Under the pieces are notes generated by a model. The model had not been told where the DNA came from. It saw only the letters and a list, made by a program, of their open reading frames with translations, and did not search any database. A program made the translations under genes and the position numbers. A stretch of 63,447 bases of DNA, the filler included. It is 9 parts of 9 records of this genome, joined end to end, with 100 filler letters (N's around TTAATTAATTAA, not from the genome) between each part and the next. Parts side by side here need not be neighbours in the genome. Positions count along the whole stretch, not along the records: positions 56,862 to 63,447 come from SRR31147125_69891; 8 more parts are not named here. One strand, given 5' to 3'. Below, piece after piece: positions 63,370 to 63,447 of the stretch (position 1 is its first letter; the number at the start of each line of letters is the position of its first letter).

Positions 63370-63447
63370 CCATAATTCAAACATCTTAGACCTACTCCAA
63401 CTCAACAATAAAAAAATTAGTCATTGCGAAGGAGGCAAAGCCGACTG

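Overview
This window is not one locus. It is nine unrelated contigs joined by identical 100-nt linkers (N44-TTAATTAATTAA-N44). Eight contigs are bacterial, with lineages judged from protein style and gene order only: (1) spirochaete-like sugar ABC operons; (3) deltaproteobacterial-type cvpA-mutS2-dnaG-rpoD; (4) clostridial spoIVF-like genes, TIGR03960/TIGR03936, pfkA, yerC, hslO and a tRNA; (5) TRAP transporter, corrinoid-protein remnant, binding protein and sensor kinase; (6) AT-rich sugar ABC-deoC cluster; (7) spirochaete-like tpiA-secG-nusB-map-htrA; (8) two-component genes, an IS3 remnant, a corrinoid-dependent demethylation cluster and a flavodoxin/DUF2325 cluster; (9) rpsA-purQ-accA-pyrF. 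Contig 2 (7256-12332) is eukaryotic. I spliced a 15-exon, 881-aa secreted Cys-rich gene by hand, plus a paralogue facing it head-to-head. Their shared ~620-bp intergenic region carries four CArG (MADS/SRF-type) boxes as two mirror-image pairs, each with 21-bp spacing. This is the most interesting signal in the window. Other highlights are a probable UroD-like methyltransferase-corrinoid protein fusion and a ~190-nt G.U-rich structured RNA inside an ABC operon. Many small frameshifts, including in dnaG and pfkA, look like sequencing or assembly errors.
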